Assembly (NCBI RefSeq): GCF_006345805.1
Contig: NW_021833189.1
Coordinates: 1 to 28,991 of the forward strand
Direction: 5' to 3'
DNA from: Octopus sinensis
Taxonomy: Eukaryota
Length of the DNA: 28,991 nucleotides
Within the stretch, counting starts at the first letter, position 1. Every line of letters starts with the position of its first letter. The notes below the pieces were generated by a model. It made no database searches and was not told the origin of the DNA. It saw only the letters and a list, made by a program, of their open reading frames with translations. The position numbers were made by a program, and so were the translations under genes. Shown here in pieces: positions 22,011-28,991 of the stretch.

Positions 22011-23196
22011 AACAATATTTTTAAAACGCACAGTAGAAACTTGAATGCAGTATTCAAATCTGGTAAGCCATAAACTGTTTCGTTGAACCTCTTGCCCTAT
22101 TGTTCACGTGTGTGTATTAAAGCTGCTCTTTTTCTTCTGCTGAACAAATACTGCACTCTTACAACAGGTATTTACTTAACATAATAATACTTTAGATTCT
22201 TCTATGCGACAAGCTTTATTTCACATTATTTCCATATGAATGAATGGGATTGTATGTTGTGTGTGAAATTCTAACTGGTAAAACGCCTAAATACAACCTG
22301 ATACAAGGACGTGTCATGCATAACTGAAAATTGCTTTTCTCCTTTTTTTTTTTTCATATCAGTTTAAATGATCAAATGCATGTCATGAAATATGCTATCA
22401 TGACCGTAAGCAATGAGTGTTCCATGACCTGGTAACTTTTAATGACAATTCAACATAATGATGCTGGTGGTTTGCTTCTTTTTAGAATTTTATATATATA
22501 TATATTGTTTTATGAAGAAAAAATAACCGAAAAAAATAATAATAAAAAAGACGTTGATAAAAACAAGTTAAAGCTGTCTGCTCTTTTCTTTTTTTTTCTG
22601 TTTTGATTTTGTTTTATAATTAATTTTTATTTGTTGGAAATAAAATACTGTAGATTGAAACATTGACATCAGCTTAGCAGTATGCAAAACAATCAAAACA
22701 ATAAATCTCATTACTATTGCCAATAAAGGCTATCGTCATTTATTTATTTATTTATATATTTATTTCTTGTCAGCATGATATTTAAATCTCTGTGAATTAA
22801 ATGGTGTACAGCCTTGAGTATAAATTCTATTTGAGCGAAAGTTTAACTTGAATATAATTACAGAAATATCCTAATGAAAAAATTCCGCTAGAAAAAACCC
22901 ACACAAAACAAAACAAAACAAAACAAAAACAAACTATCTACAACTGTACAGTTAACGTGTGTAGGATGTTAAGATTATTCAAATACTTATATTTACTTAT
23001 GCGTCAAGCATTAAAATCTTGGATTAGAAGTTGAATCAGTGTTAGAACCATTAGTATTTTTATCATTTCAGTTGAATTCAGAGTATAGAAAATTTAGGTT
23101 GTGACTGTTTTTATAAGTTTCTGTAGAATGTTAAAACAGACAAGAGATGTGACGTATCTCTAATTTCTTTTTTTTTTTTAACACATTAAAAATATA

Positions 23197-23719
23197 AAAT
23201 AAATGCGCCCTTTTCAAGCCTAGCCATGCGCCCGGTTTCCCGGTTTCTGTAGCGTATGTGTTCTCCAGCTGGGCGGGACGCCAGTGCATCGCAGCGTTAC
23301 TCGTTTTTGCCAGCTGAGTGGACTGGAAGTAACGTGAAGTGAAGTGAAGTGAAGTGTTTTGCTCAAGAACACAACGCGTCGCCTGGTCCAGCAGTCGAAA
23401 CCACAATCTTACGATCATGATGCTGACACCCTAACCTCTAAGCCACGCGCCTCCACTAAAATGAATACGCCCTTTTAAAGCCTAACCAGGCTCATGGGTT
23501 CGGTTTCCCGGTTTCTACGGCGTATGTGTTCCCCAGCTGGACGGGACGCCAGTGCATCGCAGCGTTACTCATTTTTGCCAGCTGAGTGGACTGGAAGTAA
23601 CGTGAAGTGAAGTGAAGTGTTTTGCTCAAGACCACAACGCGTCGCCCGGTTCAGCAGTCGAAACCAAAATCTTACAATCATGATGCTGACATCCTAACCA
23701 CTAAGCCACGCGCCTCCAC
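23197..23719 (-). mobile_element. Tandem dimer of family 2 CORE-type tRNA-SINE
   Basis: Two units of about 260 bp (23197-23456, 23457-23719) beginning GTGGAGGCGCGTGGCTTAG on the minus strand; CORE-like gttgtg.tcttgagcaaaacactt. Confidence 0.9.
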
Positions 23720-23823
23720 ACGTATCTGTAATGCTGAGTTAAAATAGCTGGATGCCAGTATGAAATAACGACTAGTACTAAACACACGCATGCGCATTCA
23801 AATACATAATACTCGTACATATA

Positions 23824-24041
23824 TACAAAAGGATGCCGAGAAGTTCCTGGCCATAGTTAAAGGAAAATACAGAAAATCAGTAAATGATTTTATTCAACAT
23901 ATTCCCCTCTCAGATTCACACACTTATTGCAGCGGTCCTTCAGTTTTTTCTAAGCCTTGTAAAAGAAATTGGAAGGTTGGGCCTCCAGCCTGGCCTTTCA
24001 CGAAACCCTTAAAGTCAGAAACTTTTCAGCGCCTCCTGGTA
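23824..24041. mobile_element. Mariner-type MITE, degenerate TIRs
   Basis: tacaaaaggatgccgagaagttcctgg versus the reverse complement of the right end taccaggaggcgctgaaaagtttctga; TA ends. Confidence 0.65.
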
Positions 24042-25083
24042 CACACCAAAGTATACACACGCGTATGAACATACACGCATGCATGCGCACCAATAAATAC
24101 AAGACATCATAAATATATATCTAGGGAGAAAGAGAGAGAGGGAGGGGGGAAGAAAGGGAGGAGTGAGAGAGGGTTAGAAATAAACAGAGAGAGTGAGAAG
24201 CTAGAGGAAGCTAGTACTGACAACGCGTCCTCTTCTTCCATTGATATCCTATCAAGCTTTCATCTCACCCTCACTTGCCTTCCGTTTCGTTAATCACTAA
24301 TTCTTTTCAATAGTGTTTAATTTCTATTGTACTTGGTATGTGTGTGGGAGCACGTGTGCGTGTGTGTGCGCGCACGAAAATATGTGGGGAACAGTGAATA
24401 ACAGAATGATGAGAATGAAGAAAAAAAAGGACAAAATTATAGAACGATAGAAGGAGAAAATGAGGAAACTGAGAAGCCTAAGTACAGGAGAAGAAATTTG
24501 AAGGATTGAAGAAAGAAAAAATTAACAGAAAAAGAATAAAAGAATAACAAAAAAAACAGGAAGCGGATTGAAATAGGGAGAGTGAGGAGACAGATGGTGG
24601 TGGTATATCATATGAGTGATGGAATGATTGCGTGAGAGGATGAGAGAAAGACAACGAGTGGGAATGTGGTGCTGGCGGTGTGTGTGTATGTGTAAGAATA
24701 GAGGTTTATTAGAACCAAGCATTTACATAAGAAAATGTGCTTGTGTTTGTTTTGTAAATACATTTGTGTGATTATGCATGTATAAAATTTATGTTTGCAT
24801 ACATATAGATATATTTGTATGTGTGTGTTTGGGAGTGTGTGTGAGTGTTGGTTCAGCGTGTATGCATATCTATGTGTTATGTATCCATATATTTATATAA
24901 GTATACGTATGTTTGTGCGTGTATGTATGTATGTATATATATCTATCTATCTTTCTATGTTAGTGTTTGTTTTTATGCTATAATATAAACGTTAAATAGT
25001 TTTGCTCAATACATATCATAGAGTACAAATTTAATATTCTTTAACAAGAATAGTATGGAGAGTGACTTCGAAGTTACGGCCAG

Positions 25084-25171
<88 letters not shown>

Positions 25172-25180
25172 ATGGAAAAC

Positions 25181-25299
25181 AGGGTCGTTCTCTGTCTTTC
25201 CTCGTCCTGCTTTCCATTTTCTCTCTCGTATTTAACTCCTTTGTTTTCGTATTTCCTGTTGTTTACAGTTGGTGACGTCCTGTACTCATATATGCATAT

Positions 25300-25330
<31 letters not shown>

Positions 25331-25819
25331 TATTATTAATATATTATTTAATTGAACGCCCACTTCATTTCCAAGTAAGTATAGTATATATATATATAAT
25401 ATATATATATATAATATATATATACATACACACACACACATATGCGTACATGGGTACAGGACGTCACTAACGGCGCAAATAACATGAAATACGTAAACAA
25501 CGAGGGAAAACGAGTAAAATGCGTAAACAAAAAAAAATAGAAAATAGGACAAGTAAACACAGAGAACGACCCTTCATCAGTTTTCGGTTGTCTATCTACT
25601 CCTCGAGCATTCAACGACAATATGAGTCTTCAAAGACAGTTGCTCCCATAAATTCTAAAATAAAATTTAGGATTTATGGAGGGTCAAAGTTGGAAAGAAA
25701 AAAATGACAGTGGAGACATACCAGGAAACCGAACGAAAACAAACATGGAGGGTCGTTAGACCAGAACGAGATGAAAATAATGAACGCTGGGAGAAACATT
25801 TTTTGAAAAGAGAAAAGAT

Positions 25820-25869
<50 letters not shown>

Positions 25870-26190
25870 CGTTCGTGCAGGAAAAGAAAGATGGACGATG
25901 GTCATGTGTAACCAACGAAAGCAAGACAGAAAAAAGAGTGGAGAGAGACAGATAGAAAACGGCGAAGGAGAGAGGGGAGAAAAGGGAATTAGAGAAGGAT
26001 GGAAGAAGAAAACAGTATGCAGTAGAGAGTCGCATCAAAAAGCCGACAACTGATGAAGGGTCCTTTCTCTGTGCTTGTTGTCCTGTTTTCCCTTTTATCT
26101 TGTTACGTGTTTTACTCGTTTTTGCCTCGTTTGTTTACGTATTTCCTGTTATTTGCACGTTGGTGATGTCCTGTATGCATATATGAACGT
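25181..26190. mobile_element. Unclassified element: three copies of a unit of about 130 bp (A +25181-25299, B -25440-25592, C +26045-26185)
   Basis: All three read agggtc.ttctctgt...cgtatttc.tgtt.ttt...gtga.gtcctgta and run into (AT)n. Confidence 0.75.
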
Positions 26191-26199
26191 AGATATTAT

Positions 26200-26216
26200 G
26201 TTAATATATATATATA

Positions 26217-26259
<43 letters not shown>

Positions 26260-26324
26260 TACAAACATGTATATATATATATAATTTATCATTTATGATA
26301 TATATATAGTATATATATGTATAT

Positions 26325-26355
<31 letters not shown>

Positions 26356-26361
26356 TATGTA

Positions 26362-26412
<51 letters not shown>

Positions 26413-26502
26413 ATATTTTACTCACTTTGCTTTCTTTCTCATACACTTACACACACATACATAACTACATACAATTTTTATCTAACTGTATTACATGAAA
26501 TG

Positions 26503-26567
<65 letters not shown>

Positions 26568-26602
26568 GTATGTGTGTGTGTGCGTGTGTGTGTGTGTGTG
26601 TG
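26200..26602. repeat. (AT)n and (GT)n microsatellites
   Basis: Direct reading. Confidence 0.95.
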
Positions 26603-26789
26603 AGACTGTGAAGTAAGCAACGTTTTGAATCATGAAGAATTAGTACCGGATTTTTGCAGTTTTGAAAATTTTAAAGCACTTATTCGTAATTGTCTGATAA
26701 TAGAGATATAGACTTACCCAAGTGCATAATAAATTAAGATTGATTTTTTTTTACCCATTTTACAATCATCTGAAATGTAACTCCCAAAG

Positions 26790-27495
26790 CTCGATATTCG
26801 AGTAATTTTGCTATTCAACTTCAAAAAAGGACGTAAAGCAGCTGAAACTGCTCGTGATATCAACGAAACGTCTGGTGAGGAAATGAGCAGTAAGTGGTTA
26901 GCTCGAAAATGGCTTAAAGGATTTCGCTATGGAGACCTGAGCTGTGAAGATCGTGAGCGTAGTGGACGCCCATCTGTCATCGATGACGGTCAATTAAAGA
27001 CCGTCATTCAGAAAGATCCACGTAAAACAACTTGAGAACTGGCAAAAACCTTCAACTTATCCAGAAACTGCCTGTAACTATTTGCATGCGATCGGAAAAT
27101 CAAAATAACTCGACACATAGGTACCACACAATTTGAATGAAAATCAGAAAAAGTGCAGGTATGAAATTTGCTCGTCTCTTCTTCTCTGTAACCAGACCGA
27201 TCCATTTGTGGACCGTATTGTAACTTGCGATGAAAAATGGTTTCTGAACAATAATAAAAAAACATTCCCTAAATCCGAAAACCTTCCCCAAACCCGAGCT
27301 CTTCAAAAAGAATGTTATGGTGAATGTTTGGTGTACTGTTGGACTCATCAACAATAACTTTTTTAAACCTGGAAAATACCATTAGTGCAGAAACATTGCC
27401 ATGAACGAAAAACTGCTGTTCCTCTGTCCCAGAATGGTCAACAGAAAGGGGCCAATCATTCTTCATGACAATACTCGAACACACGTTTCACAAAT
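26790..27495 (+). pseudogene. Mariner (DD34D) transposase relic, C-terminally truncated
   Basis: LFNFKKGRKAAETARDINE...RSGRP HTH region, *VPH (WVPH motif), IVTCDEKW, KGPIILHDNTRTH; stops and frameshifts; third Asp region absent. Confidence 0.92.
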
Positions 27496-27511
27496 GAAAT
27501 ATATATATATA

Positions 27512-27958
<447 letters not shown>

Positions 27959-28237
27959 AACCCTAATATTATCAATGATAAAACAACCTTTAACACATCT
28001 TTAATGATTCGTTACAATTGTTTCTGTACCAACTCTGCTTGCAACGCAATATTCGAAGTGAAAATTTTATTTGCGGTTTTAGACATTAAAGTGAGGCTTC
28101 AACAGACTTGCACCAGAAGTGCGCCCTGATATTATGCGTCTTCTAGACTTTTTTTTGCTGATGTCAGGTGGAAACAAAAGTAAATAAAAGCATAGTTAAA
28201 GGATGAGTAATTAGTATAGCGATTCTGTGAGAAGGAT

Positions 28238-28336
28238 GAAGAAGAAGAAGAAGAAGAAGAAGAAGAAGAAGAAGAAGAAGAAGAAGAAGAAGAAGAAGAA
28301 GAAGAAGAAGAAGAAGAAGAAGAAGAAGAAGAAGAA
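28238..28336. repeat. (GAA)n
   Basis: Direct reading. Confidence 0.95.
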
Positions 28337-28399
28337 GATAAGTTGGTGGTGCTCGATTAGAATTTGATGGTACTAGGTTGGACTGGGTTATAGTCGGCA

Positions 28400-28991
28400 T
28401 GGTTAGGGCCATAGTGTATACGAGTGGCAGAGATTCAATACCATGCTTTTGAGTATAGGGCTGGTACATTTGGATTCTTGGATGCCAGCGTTTTGAGGTA
28501 CATTAGCAGGGTATTCTTTTAGTAACAATAACAAGTTCATTCTTCCTATTGATGGATACTGCAGGTTAGTGGAGTATGTGTAATCTCTCGTAGAGGCAGA
28601 TTTGACAATTTTGAGCTGCCGATTAATAGGAGAGATCTTCTCAATGCTAGTCCATTTAATGTTGAGGGAGTCTTTCCGGTGGTCACAGAATCTCCAGCTA
28701 AAATAGGACATGAAGGTGGAGTTTTCCTTATCTTTGTGCCTGAAAGAGTGCATATGCTGTGTATACTTTCCCTTGTATTTTTTGGCAGTCATGTCTGTGT
28801 AGTGTGTTGTAATGGCATCGAATGGTGCGAGGGTGATATTATATACCACAGAGAATGACAGGCACAATCGTCCAAGTGGATAGTTGGTGGGATTTCGGAA
28901 GTGACAGGCTGGTGTATGTATTGGAAGCTGTGCAGATGTGTGCTTGCATCATTTGTAGCGCACCATGTTAGAAGCGATGTTGTCTCTATGC
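28400..28991 (-). pseudogene. Penelope-like element GIY-YIG endonuclease end, decayed
   Basis: CHFRNPTNYPLGRLCLSFSVVYN...HYTDMT..KYKGKYTQHMHSFRHKDKENST...NIKW...(frameshift)CQICLYERLHIL...INRKNEL matches PLE C.C...CPL.G.CL..SVVY...YIG.T...K.RY..H..SF...C.LCL.EK...LN.R.EL. Confidence 0.75.

Noticed and set aside
22033-22067. Micro-exon candidate ending at CTG|GTAAGC
   Set aside because: Poor polypyrimidine tract and no partner exons.
26045-26075. Functional hammerhead at CTGATGAAG (also 25572-25580)
   Set aside because: No stem II closure or GAAA at a usable distance.

Overview
Eukaryotic, AT-rich, repeat-saturated non-genic DNA (intergenic or deep intronic). I found no host-gene exon I can support. 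The SINE set and microsatellite load resemble an Octopus genome (inference from recalled OK/OR-type tRNA-SINEs, not verified). Recognisable coding remnants are all mobile elements: a Tx1/L1-type LINE 3' end (2709-3856, -), an R4/Dong-type RLE retrotransposon (7615-10104, -), two decayed CR1-like pieces, a decayed RTE-like piece, a mariner transposase relic (26790-27495, +) and a Penelope-like GIY-YIG end (28400-28991, -). There are about 20 tRNA-derived SINE copies in four families and four MITEs. The most interesting signals are an intact minimal hammerhead ribozyme in a non-coding repeat plus a decayed sibling, retroelements inserted in microsatellites, a 45-bp hairpin next to a CpG-dense 9-mer array, and two unclassified inverted-repeat elements. 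Almost all short ORFs in the track are simple-repeat translations.
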